64,000 nt of DNA. Origin: Gallionellaceae bacterium. Lineage in GTDB: Bacteria > Pseudomonadota > Gammaproteobacteria > Burkholderiales > Gallionellaceae. The position numbers and the translations under genes were made by a program. Every line of letters begins with the position of its first letter. Position 1 is the first letter of the stretch. Positions 1 to 7,898 of the stretch are shown in pieces. The notes below the pieces were generated by a model. It was not told the DNA's origin. It searched no databases and worked only from the letters and a program-made list of their open reading frames with translations. The DNA lies in contig JBAZVN010000013.1 in the NCBI GenBank assembly GCA_041660815.1, forward strand, positions 6,662-70,661, given 5' to 3'.

Positions 1-1945
1 TGCCATCACTGGTAAGTGCGGAAAAGGTACCAGAAGTAGTGGCTAACAAGCTGACGACACCAGTCGTTTTATCTATCTTATACACCCCGGAGCCAGAGGC
101 CGCAGTGCCGCCATACACATACAGGCTTGACCCGTCTGTCGTCAAGGCTGTCTTTAGTGGCGGCAGATCTAGCGCAGGCGTAAGCGTTACCGGAGTAACC
201 GTGCCCGACAAGGTCAACGGCCCCATGACCGCACCTCCGAACTTAGTGCCAGCAGCTACTGTAGGCGCAACCAGTGTAATATCAGTACCTCCTGCCGAAC
301 TAGCCGCACTGGTCGTCGCTTTACCCTCAGTTGAGGCGGCACTAGCTCCCACCGCATTATTGGCGACAACACGGTAGTAATAAGGTGTTGCAGCAGTCAG
401 ACCAGTATCGGAAAGCGATGTGCCAGTTACCGAAGTCGAGTTCACTTTGGTCATTGCAGTAATTGCAAGACCACCCGTTGAAGCTGCGCGATAAACGTCA
501 TAACTGGCTGCCCCCGTAACTGCTGTCCACGAAACGCTAATTGCAGTTGAGCTAGTTGCCGTTGCAGTTACCCCTGTTGGTGCTGCTGGTGCAGCTGGGG
601 TCGAGGAGGTGCTTGCCGAATTTACCGTAAAGTTGGTGGCAGACGTTCCTGTTTTATTCACTAGCTGACCCATTGTGTTGGTTACGGTAATCGAACCTGT
701 TGTCGCACCCGTAGGGACTTTGACGGTAAGCGAAGATGTCGTACCTACGACTATCGAATTAACTGTTGCCTGTACTCCACTGAACTTGACTACGTTGTGT
801 AAATAGAACGGATCAAATCCGTTACCCATGATGGTTACAGTATCTCCGACTACACCGCTGGATGGGCTGAAGCTGGTGATAACAGGAACTGCTGAGGCAG
901 CCCATTGCTGAGCCAGCGTTTGTGCAGCTTGAATTGCCGATGCAGCAGATTGAGAAGGATTGGCTGCAATTGCGGACATTACTCCGCTCGCATTATCTAC
1001 AGCCGCAGTGTTGAGGGCACTGATAATTTGAGCCTTAGTTAGGCCTGTATCCAACAACGCAAGTCGATCATGTGTCGCCGCGATTGCAGCAGGAATCAGG
1101 TCTTTCAACTTAGCATTAGCATGTGGAACATTAGTTATTTGCGCAGTAGATTGGGCATTGATCGGAGCGGAAGGAATAGTGCCCAAGGCAGTATTCATTG
1201 CATTGATAGTGGCGGCAATACCACTGGCAGGGTTAGTCAAATTCAAGTCGTTACGCAAGCGATGTGCCACTTGCAATGCACCTTCGCCTGTTCCGGCCAT
1301 ATTAGCCAGTGCAGCTAGTTTAAGTGCGTATTTATCCGCGTCTGTTGTACCTAAGCCATTAAGATCTGCCTTGGATCCTACAAGTTTGGGAGGTGCAAGC
1401 AGGTCAGTAACGCCAAAAGATTGCGCCACAGTCGCATTGGCACCTACAGCAGATGCAGCTGTTACCCCAGCAGGAACAACACCTGATGCATCAACTAACG
1501 AACCTACGGCAATTTCTGTGAGTGCTGTTACACCCACTTGGCTGGCAACCGTATGATCAGGCACCAGAGCGCGAACGCCGACACCTGAAATTCCGGAAAT
1601 GGTCTGCCAACCTTGAATTTCATCGTAATACTGATCATCTGTTAAACCCGCTTCAACTAATAAAGGAGCTTGTGAACTGGTGGGGACATCAATCGCAGCT
1701 ACACCACTGGCATTTACGAATCCAGATCCGATTTGTGCGCCATTCCGATCTTTGATTCGAACATGGGCTCCCTGTGCGAATCTACCCAGAGAAGGACTCA
1801 CGCTTAAAGTTGTCATTGCTGTACTGGAAGACCCACCTGAACTCCCACCACCACCACCACCGCAACCCGCAAGTACTAATGTAGCAATGGCAGTCAGGCC
1901 AACACCGATCTCACTGGCTTTGCGGATAAATGGTTTGATTTGCAT
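1..1945 (-). CDS. Lipoprotein with IPT/TIG, fibronectin-III and NHL-repeat segments, paralog of 5078..7666. Partial: the C-terminus runs off the window start.
   Basis: Absent from the ORF track because no stop lies in the window. My reverse-strand translation from the ATG at 1945..1943 (GGAGAA upstream) gives MQIKPFIRKASEIGVGLTAIATLVLAGCGGGGGGSSGG. This signal peptide and lipobox (LAGC) are almost identical to those of the 5078..7666 product. IPT-like (ITSFSPSSGVVGDTVTIMGNGF), Fn3-like (ISVSWTAVTGAASYDVYR) and NHL-like (LTTDGSSLYV) segments follow. The + strand ORFs 39..377 and 1070..1973 are antisense shadows. Confidence 0.8.
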   Translation of the reverse strand, partial: MQIKPFIRKASEIGVGLTAIATLVLAGCGGGGGGSSGGSSSTAMTTLSVSPSLGRFAQGAHVRIKDRNGAQIGSGFVNASGVAAIDVPTSSQAPLLVEAGLTDDQYYDEIQGWQTISGISGVGVRALVPDHTVASQVGVTALTEIAVGSLVDASGVVPAGVTAASAVGANATVAQSFGVTDLLAPPKLVGSKADLNGLGTTDADKYALKLAALANMAGTGEGALQVAHRLRNDLNLTNPASGIAATINAMNTALGTIPSAPINAQSTAQITNVPHANAKLKDLIPAAIAATHDRLALLDTGLTKAQIISALNTAAVDNASGVMSAIAANPSQSAASAIQAAQTLAQQWAASAVPVITSFSPSSGVVGDTVTIMGNGFDPFYLHNVVKFSGVQATVNSIVVGTTSSLTVKVPTGATTGSITVTNTMGQLVNKTGTSATNFTVNSASTSSTPAAPAAPTGVTATATSSTAISVSWTAVTGAASYDVYRAASTGGLAITAMTKVNSTSVTGTSLSDTGLTAATPYYYRVVANNAVGASAASTEGKATTSAASSAGGTDITLVAPTVAAGTKFGGAVMGPLTLSGTVTPVTLTPALDLPPLKTALTTDGSSLYVYGGTAASGSGVYKIDKTTGVVSLLATTSGTFSALTSDG

Positions 1946-2398
1946 GAAGCTTTTCTCCTTCAGAGGTGGATAAAGAAAATTGGGCGGCTGTATATTTGCT
2001 TACTCAGGACACTCTAATTCAGAATCATTAGGTTTGTCTATCCCCTATTTGAGGGAGGGTATTAGATAAGCTGCCATCCATCTTCTTCACCTTTCACACC
2101 TGCAGTAACACCCATCACCTCGTTCATAAACTTACCCCTGCCCCCCCAGCAGTGCCCCCCCAAAAAAAACTGCCCCACCTGCAACGCCAGCCCCTGCCGG
2201 ATGGCTACCCCCTACCTGCACCGCCAGTTGCTGCCAGTCGGGTACACATTGGGCAACTATGGGAGAAGCTGCGTGTCGAGCGGCTGCAGTTTTCGGAGGC
2301 GGTGGCGCGCGGTGGGGGCTGGGTGGGAGGGGTGGCAGATTTTTAGAACTTGCAGAACTGGCAGGATCAAAGGTGGTGATGCCGGTCAATACGGAATG

Positions 2399-2479
2399 TC
2401 CGGTGTTTATGCGTACCGCCTTCGCCGCCTTTACCGGCTTTTCAGCCTGCGTATTTCGCTGGTACATCGAAAAAATATT
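2399..2479 (+). repeat. ~80-bp intergenic repeat, copy 1, upstream of the higBA-like operon
   Basis: Compared by eye with 4350..4427. Both read TCCGG(T/C)GTTTATGCGTACCGCCTTCGCCGCCTTTACC, then a short hairpin, then GAAAAA(A)TATT. A 31-bp perfect core lies at 2405..2435 and 4356..4386. This copy ends 34 nt before the toxin start codon. Confidence 0.75.
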
Positions 2480-2513
2480 TGCACAAATTCGCTTTTGAGC
2501 GAATAATTATGCC

Positions 2514-2837
2514 ATGTACAAGATTATCCATTACCTCGACGAGAACGAGAATGACATTTATCAGAGTTGGCTTGACTCACTTCGGGACAGAGTAGCAAAG
2601 GTTGCTGTCATTCGTAGGGTTGCGCGGATTGAACTTGGGTTGTTTGGTGACTGCAAACCGCTCAGAGATGGAGTATCTGAATTAAAAATTGATGTTGGTG
2701 CAGGATATCGAGTGTATTACGCGCAAGTTGGCAGCACGGTGATTCTTCTAATGACTGGCGGCGATAAGAAGTCGCAAAGTCGGGACATTGAACGAGCAAT
2801 CAGGCTGCTGCATGATTGGGAGAAACGAAATGGCTAA
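2514..2837 (+). CDS. Type II toxin, RelE/ParE superfamily (HigB-type addiction module killer protein)
   Basis: 107 aa (MYKIIHYLDENENDIYQSWLDSL...YRVYYAQVGSTVILLMTGGDKKSQSRDIERA), the typical length and sequence pattern of HigB-like toxins. Its stop overlaps the start of the downstream HTH antitoxin (ATGGCTAA). Confidence 0.8.
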   Translation: MYKIIHYLDENENDIYQSWLDSLRDRVAKVAVIRRVARIELGLFGDCKPLRDGVSELKIDVGAGYRVYYAQVGSTVILLMTGGDKKSQSRDIERAIRLLHDWEKRNG

Positions 2838-3141
2838 AACACATCGCACACATGAGGAAGCATCCGTAGAAATGTTTCGCAATGATCCAGAATTGGCTGC
2901 TGAATATCTAAATTCTGTACTCGCTGATGGTGACGAGTCTGATTTAATGCTAGCACTTAGAGATTTGAGCAAAGCATTCGGTGGCGTACAAGAAGTTGCA
3001 AGGCAAGCGGAAGTTAATGCCAATACGATTTACCGTACACTATCTGATCAAGGCAATCCTGAGCTCAAAACTCTTTCTTCTATACTTAAAGCGATGGGAA
3101 TGCGTTTGGCAGTACAGCCCCTGAATCACGCTCATGGCTAA
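2830..3141 (+). CDS. HigA-family antitoxin (XRE-type helix-turn-helix)
   Basis: I prefer the in-frame ATG at 2830 to the track start 2788 because it gives the classic 8-nt overlap with the toxin stop. The product starts MAKTHRTHEEASVEMFRNDPELAAEYLN and carries the HTH segment ANTIYRTLSDQGNPELKTLSSILKAMG. Confidence 0.8.
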   Translation: MAKTHRTHEEASVEMFRNDPELAAEYLNSVLADGDESDLMLALRDLSKAFGGVQEVARQAEVNANTIYRTLSDQGNPELKTLSSILKAMGMRLAVQPLNHAHG

Positions 3142-3413
3142 TCGGGCAACTCCCACCGTACCAGCACACCAGCACTCCGCTGTTTTTGCCACCCCTGCTA
3201 CCCTGTGGCTGATTTTTGGCAAACAGTTCGGGAAAATTTCGGATGAAAATTGCACTATCCTGTTGTTTTACATAGGGTATTATTATTCCAGCAAGTGAGG
3301 GATAAGTTCTAGGTTCGGTATAGGCTCGGATTGAGCGAAGTGAGTGAGTGCAGCAGAAAAAATCTCTTACGAATCTTCATAATATTTCAACTAAATCAAT
3401 GAGTTATCTGTAC

Positions 3414-3457
3414 TATTAATCCGCAGGTCCCTGGTTCGAGTCCAGGTCGGGGAGCCA
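3414..3457 (+). pseudogene. tRNA-Asn 3' half remnant (anticodon loop to CCA), an att-like scar
   Basis: TATTAATCCGCAGGTCCCTGGTTCGAGTCCAGGTCGGGGAGCCA matches the 3' half of bacterial tRNA-Asn(GUU) (E. coli, from memory: CTGTTAATCCGTATGTCACTGGTTCGAGTCCAGTCAGAGGAGCCA). The T-arm CCTGG/TTCGAGT/CCAGG is intact. No complementary 5' acceptor strand (TCCCCGA) or D-arm lies upstream, so this is not a functional tRNA. Confidence 0.7.
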
Positions 3458-3510
3458 CTGAATTTCTCGTGTATTTTTAGATAGTTATGATGTGATGCAC
3501 GGACTATTAG

Positions 3511-3534
3511 ACCACCTTTGCGGGTGGTTTTTTA
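3511..3534 (+). terminator. Intrinsic terminator downstream of the tRNA-Asn remnant
   Basis: ACCACC-TTTGCG-GGTGGT followed by TTTTTT, about 50 nt after the CCA end. This fits the native terminator of the original tRNA gene. Confidence 0.55.
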
Positions 3535-3737
3535 GTTTCCGGGGGGAGCTAAATACCGAAAGTCCGCAGGCCTATAGCCCAACCCATAGCTGGAAAAACT
3601 GCAAAAAGCACGAAAGTCGGTATAGGTTTCGGGTGTTTTCTGGGGTTGCGGTGGTAAAAAAACAGGGGAACTGCGGGTGATCCCTTCAGCGAGAGGTGAT
3701 CCCAGTGGGTTTCAACAAATATTAAGGAGCAACACCA

Positions 3738-4283
3738 GTGACCAACGCACAACGCAAAGCACTCAGCCGCATGGCATCAAGTAACACCAGCAAGCTTGAA
3801 CCAACACTAAGCAGCGCCGTGTCAACGCTAAGCAGCTCGTTCTGCCCGCATGAGGCAGGCGCGTATTACCTTGCGACGGTGGGGACTGTTAGTAAGGTCA
3901 TCAAGCTATTCGCCAAGAATATCGAGCCGCCCGAATACACCTACGCCGTTACCACCATTCATTTTGAACATGATCCCGATACCGGCAAATGGATCTGGTT
4001 TGATGGTAAGGAAAAGCTATCCCCACGCAAAAACCAAGATGGTTGGCGTCTTGGCAGCAAGACGTTATATGACACCCGCGAAGAAGCAGAGGCTGAGCTT
4101 CAGCGTGTGATGGTTAAAAACGGTGACCGGGTGACCAAGGTACATGATCTGCCCGAATGCATGACTCAACTGAGAAAGATCCGTAGTGCCCACCATCCAG
4201 ATCGCAATAACCCCGATACTGACCATGATCTCTATCAGGCTGCTGTCGAGAAAATTGACAGGATGCGTACGGCAAATGGGTGA
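3738..4283 (+). CDS. Hypothetical protein with a C-terminal J-domain-like segment (HPD motif)
   Basis: GTG start with AAGGAG 8 nt upstream; 181 aa. The C-terminus LRKIRSAHHPDRNNPDTDHDLYQAAVEKIDRMR resembles helix II, the HPD loop and helix III of DnaJ J-domains. No other domain is recognisable. Confidence 0.55.
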   Translation: MTNAQRKALSRMASSNTSKLEPTLSSAVSTLSSSFCPHEAGAYYLATVGTVSKVIKLFAKNIEPPEYTYAVTTIHFEHDPDTGKWIWFDGKEKLSPRKNQDGWRLGSKTLYDTREEAEAELQRVMVKNGDRVTKVHDLPECMTQLRKIRSAHHPDRNNPDTDHDLYQAAVEKIDRMRTANG

Positions 4284-4349
4284 AACACTGAGTGTGTGTT
4301 TGAGAACTCACCACCTGATTGCGTCTTGCGAAAATCAAAGCCACGATCT

Positions 4350-4427
4350 TCCGGCGTTTATGCGTACCGCCTTCGCCGCCTTTACCAGTTTTCTGGCGTG
4401 AGTTTCTGGCGGATTGTGAAAAATATT
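4350..4427 (+). repeat. ~80-bp intergenic repeat, copy 2, upstream of the parDE-like operon
   Basis: See 2399..2479. The 31-bp perfect core lies at 4356..4386. This copy ends 59 nt before the antitoxin start codon. Confidence 0.75.
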
Positions 4428-4486
4428 CACCTAGATTTTTCTTTCGAATTACAATGTAACTTCTGTAATACAAATGAGGTGATGCC

Positions 4487-4726
4487 ATGTCTATGATGTC
4501 TATGCGCCTGCCGGATGATCTGACAAATCAACTGGATATGCTTGCACATGCAACAGGTCGCTCAAAGTCTTTTTTGGCGGGGCAAGCGATTCGTGACTAC
4601 ATTGAACGTGAGTCTTGGCAAATTGCTGAGATTACCCAAGCGATCCGTGAAGCAGATGAGAATGATTTTGCTACCGATGAAGAGGTAAATTCGATCAGCG
4701 AAAAGTGGAAGCGCAATGCGGGTTAA
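4487..4726 (+). CDS. Ribbon-helix-helix antitoxin (ParD/RelB/CopG-like)
   Basis: 79 aa. MSMRLPDDLTNQLDMLAHATGRSKSFLAGQAIRDYIE is a typical RHH N-terminus, followed by an acidic C-terminal tail. The gene overlaps the downstream toxin gene by 11 nt. Confidence 0.8.
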   Translation: MSMMSMRLPDDLTNQLDMLAHATGRSKSFLAGQAIRDYIERESWQIAEITQAIREADENDFATDEEVNSISEKWKRNAG

Positions 4727-5000
4727 GTGGCTACGAAAGGCAATCCGAAATCTTGATGCCGAGGCTGACTATATTGCCGAAGAAAATGCTGTCGCAGCTG
4801 CCGAGATGTTCTTGTATGTGAAAGCTAAGGTTGATGCGCTTGGAGACTTTCCTGCCACAGGGAGGCCCGGCAGAATTCCAAATACAAGGGAATTAGTTAT
4901 TGATCATTACCACTTTGTCGTTCCGTATCGAGTCGTAGGTGATGAGGTACAAGTGTTGCGAGTATTCCATACCCGCCGCAAATTACCGAAAGTGTGGTGA
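4716..5000 (+). CDS. ParE/RelE-family toxin
   Basis: 94 aa. The pattern WLRKAIRNLDAEADYIAEEN...GRPGRIPNTRELVI..YHFVVPYRVVGDEVQVLRVFHTRR is typical of ParE-like toxins. It is translationally coupled to the RHH gene. Confidence 0.8.
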   Translation: MRVKWLRKAIRNLDAEADYIAEENAVAAAEMFLYVKAKVDALGDFPATGRPGRIPNTRELVIDHYHFVVPYRVVGDEVQVLRVFHTRRKLPKVW

Positions 5001-5020
5001 ATCTGCTCTGGTAAGACACA

Positions 5021-5049
5021 GAAACAAACCGCCCGAACAGGCCGGGCGG
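5021..5049 (-). terminator. Hairpin terminator between convergent genes, best fitted to the minus-strand lipoprotein gene
   Basis: CCGCCCG (5029..5035) pairs with CGGGCGG (5043..5049). On the minus strand the stem is followed by TTTGTTTC. Confidence 0.5.
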
Positions 5050-5077
5050 ATTGCGTTATTTGTATAACTGCGTTGCG

Positions 5078-7666
5078 TTATTGAATCTTGCGGATCCGAT
5101 CGTGAAGCCAATCAGCCACATACAGATTCGTGCCATCAGTGGTGATGCCGTGGGGGCTATGGAAAGTTGCCGCCGTACCCGTGCCATCGGCAAAGTATCC
5201 CCAAGATCCACTCCCCGCCAAGGTGGTCACCTCGCCCGTGGCGATCACAATCTTGCGGATGCGACCGTTATTGGTATCTGCAACATACAGATTCGTGCCG
5301 TCGGTGGTGATACCTAGAGGAGAGTTGAAAGCCGCCGCCGTGCCTGTGCCGTTGGCAAAGCCCGCCGTACCCCTCCCCGCCAAAGTGGTCACCTCGCCCG
5401 TGGCGATCACGATCTTGCGGATGCGGTAGTTTCCGGTATCTGCCACATACAGATGCGTGCCGTCGGTGGTGATGCATGTGGTGGTACGGAAAGCTGCCGC
5501 CGCACCCGTGCCGTCGGCAAAGGCCGCCGTGCCACTTCCCGCTAAGGTGGTGACCACGCCCGTGGCGATCACGATCTTGCGGATGCGGTAGTTATTGGCA
5601 TCTGCCACATACAGATTCGTACCATCGGTGGTGATGCCTGCGGGGGAACGGAAAGCTGCCGCCGTACCCGTGCTGTCGGCAAATCCCGCGGTGGCGTTAC
5701 TACCCGCCAAGGTGGTGACCGCGCCCGTAGCGATTACAATTTTGTGGATGCTGTGGTTACTGGTATCTGTCACATACAGATTGATGCCGTCGGTAGTGAT
5801 GCTATTAGGTGAAAAGTTGAGAGTTGCCGCCAAGGTGCTGACCTCGCCCGTAGAGATCACGATCTTGCGGATGCGACCGTTAACGCTATCCGCCACATAC
5901 AGATTCGTGCCGTCGGTGGTGATGCCGTGGGGGGAAGAGAAGGATGCATTCGTGCCCGTGCCGTCGGCAAAGGCTGCCGTACCACTTCCTGCCAAGGTCG
6001 TCACCACACCCGCATTATTCGCAATGGTGAGCGCAGTACCTTGAACTGCACCGCCCATCAAACCCACCACAAGAGTCCCCGTGCCCCCACCCGCCGCACT
6101 GGGTGTCGCGCTCACCTCAACCGAAGCCGGGCCGCTCACTGAATCGGCGTTATAGGCCACTACTTTGTAATAGTAGGTCAATCCCGTCGTTAGACCGGTA
6201 TCGCTTACGGTCAATGCGGTTGTCATGGCGCCCGCATTGATGGGTGTCATGGCCTGTACAGACTGCCCAGCGGTCGTGGAACTATAGATACGGTATCTCG
6301 TTGCGCCCGGCACCGCATTCCAGCTCAGATTGATCTGTGTCGTACTGGCGACCGTTGCCGTCACTCCTGGTGCTGCCGGAGCCGCCTGAGCAATCTGAAA
6401 CACCCCGGTTTGGTACGCCGAATTATTCGCACAGGTATCCGTAATCCGCACGCCGCCGGTAGCGCCTTGGGGAATCGTTACCGTCAAAGTGCTAGTGGTC
6501 AGGTTGACCGCACTTGGTGTAACAGTTGTCGGTGTCGTAGCTGTGTCGAAAGCCACCGAGTAAGAACTGGTTGCAGAATTGGTGAGAGTCGTAATGTGGA
6601 GAATGAGTTGACCACCCGCGCTGATGGAAGCCGGAAATGCTCCACCGTTCACATCGGCCAGTCTAAATGTTCCACTGCCAACTTTATCAATACAAGTGCT
6701 TCCTGTGCTGCCACCTCCGCTCGATCCATCTGCCACACATTGCAATCCTGTGGGTGAAGGTTTCAATACTTGTCCAGAGGTACAAGTCGGAATGGCTCCG
6801 TCGATCTGGATTCGCATACCGCTTACGGGCAGTATGATCGGGGTGATCGTCACCGTACCAGTGGCATTGGTAGGCCGCATGGCCTTAACGCCCGTGGTTG
6901 CATTGACTGCCGCCAGTTCAGTATCAAAACTGTTTTGCGGAATCACTGCGGTTACCGCACTGCCAGCCGCCAATTTGTTTGCCACATCTCTCAACTTGGC
7001 CCCCAAGTCTGCCCCTGTTCCTTGTTGGCCAATTACATTCGCCAAGGCTGCCAGCTTGAGGGTAGTAGGGTCGCTGGTCTTTCCTTGCGCATCAAACACT
7101 GGGGGTAACATCGCTTGGCTGTAGCTGGAGACTCCCAGCACGCTGCTTGATGCTCCGGTGATGGCGGCCACGGCTGAAGCTGCACTAAAACCACCGCCTG
7201 CAGGCAGCATGGCGCGCGCCATGTGGGTGATGGCAGTAACGGGAATTCCTGAAGTTGCAGCCACATCACTGGCGGTGGGAATCATGCCTTGTAAGGGGGT
7301 CGCGTCTGCGATGACGGCGGATGCCCCTGTCGTTTCGTCAATATACTCACCCGAGACATCGACTGTCAGAGGATATGCAACGCTATCAGCGAAGGTGACG
7401 GACGCTACGCCGCTGGCATTGATGCTGCCACTGCCATTCCGTAGAGCCACGCTATTGCCATTCGCATCTTTCAGTCTAACCTGACCATTGGAGAATCTTC
7501 CCTTATATGGCGTGATCGTGGTGGTAACTTCTTGCACGCTGCTACTGCTGCCGCCACCTGAGCTACTACTTCCACCTCCGCCGCATCCAGCAAGAACTAA
7601 AGTAGCAATAGCGGTAAGTCCAATACCAATTTCACTGGCCTTGCGGATTAGCGGTCTGAGTTGCAT
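5078..7666 (-). CDS. Lipoprotein with a Gly/Ser linker, IPT-like and fibronectin-III domains and a C-terminal six-bladed NHL propeller
   Basis: 862 aa. The lipobox is LAGC, followed by GGGGSSSSGGGSSSS. An Fn3 segment reads QINLSWNAVPGATRYRIYSS...YYYKVVAYN. Six ~42-aa repeats follow, with consensus VTTLAGSGTAAFADGTG.AA.F.SP.GITTDGTNLYVAD..N.RIRKIVIATG. The protein ends IRKIQ-stop. Confidence 0.9.
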   Translation of the reverse strand: MQLRPLIRKASEIGIGLTAIATLVLAGCGGGGSSSSGGGSSSSVQEVTTTITPYKGRFSNGQVRLKDANGNSVALRNGSGSINASGVASVTFADSVAYPLTVDVSGEYIDETTGASAVIADATPLQGMIPTASDVAATSGIPVTAITHMARAMLPAGGGFSAASAVAAITGASSSVLGVSSYSQAMLPPVFDAQGKTSDPTTLKLAALANVIGQQGTGADLGAKLRDVANKLAAGSAVTAVIPQNSFDTELAAVNATTGVKAMRPTNATGTVTITPIILPVSGMRIQIDGAIPTCTSGQVLKPSPTGLQCVADGSSGGGSTGSTCIDKVGSGTFRLADVNGGAFPASISAGGQLILHITTLTNSATSSYSVAFDTATTPTTVTPSAVNLTTSTLTVTIPQGATGGVRITDTCANNSAYQTGVFQIAQAAPAAPGVTATVASTTQINLSWNAVPGATRYRIYSSTTAGQSVQAMTPINAGAMTTALTVSDTGLTTGLTYYYKVVAYNADSVSGPASVEVSATPSAAGGGTGTLVVGLMGGAVQGTALTIANNAGVVTTLAGSGTAAFADGTGTNASFSSPHGITTDGTNLYVADSVNGRIRKIVISTGEVSTLAATLNFSPNSITTDGINLYVTDTSNHSIHKIVIATGAVTTLAGSNATAGFADSTGTAAAFRSPAGITTDGTNLYVADANNYRIRKIVIATGVVTTLAGSGTAAFADGTGAAAAFRTTTCITTDGTHLYVADTGNYRIRKIVIATGEVTTLAGRGTAGFANGTGTAAAFNSPLGITTDGTNLYVADTNNGRIRKIVIATGEVTTLAGSGSWGYFADGTGTAATFHSPHGITTDGTNLYVADWLHDRIRKIQ

Positions 7667-7898
7667 GAGGTTTTGCTCCCTATGGGTGGATTAAGAAAAC
7701 TAAGCTATTGGATAATAGACAATTTTCGGATGCTAAACCAATAAAACCTGATTTGTCTATCCCCTACTCAAGGGGGGGGCGATGATATTCCTGCGTTGGC
7801 TACCCCACAGAGTTTATGATAATTCAGGTATATGTTGTCCTAGCGTCATTGCCAACATCCGTTGCGACGTAAATGTAACTACATATTAGGAGACTTTC

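Noticed and set aside
39-1973. + strand ORFs 39..377, 1070..1318, 1158..1556, 1522..1755 and 1680..1973
   Set aside because: They are antisense to the partial minus-strand lipoprotein gene, whose translation is continuous and paralogous to 5078..7666.
2132-2506. Four mutually overlapping ORFs on both strands (64-111 aa), rich in Pro and Gly
   Set aside because: They arise from the C-run, G-run and homopolymer composition. They have no RBS, overlap one another and have no domain-like sequence. I treat the region as a non-coding structured or repeat region instead.
3314-3632. Direct repeat TCGGTATAGG(C/T)T(-/T)CGG at about 3314..3329 and 3616..3632 flanking the tRNA-Asn remnant, and TCCGCAGG occurring twice
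   Set aside because: They are short (15-16 nt with an indel, and 8 nt) and could be chance. There is not enough support to call att or target-site duplications.
2399-5000. Calling the region a chromosomal integron cassette array
   Set aside because: No intI integrase or attI lies in the window, and I could not find canonical R'/R'' core sites (GTTRRRY/RYYYAAC) at the repeat ends. I keep it only as a hypothesis under findings.
5130-7484. Many + strand ORFs (5130..5429, 5595..6044, 6624..7124, 7158..7484 and others) of 70-166 aa
   Set aside because: These are antisense shadow frames of the 5078..7666 lipoprotein gene, kept open by its repetitive Gly/Thr/Ala-rich codon usage. Their products are low-complexity and have no RBS.
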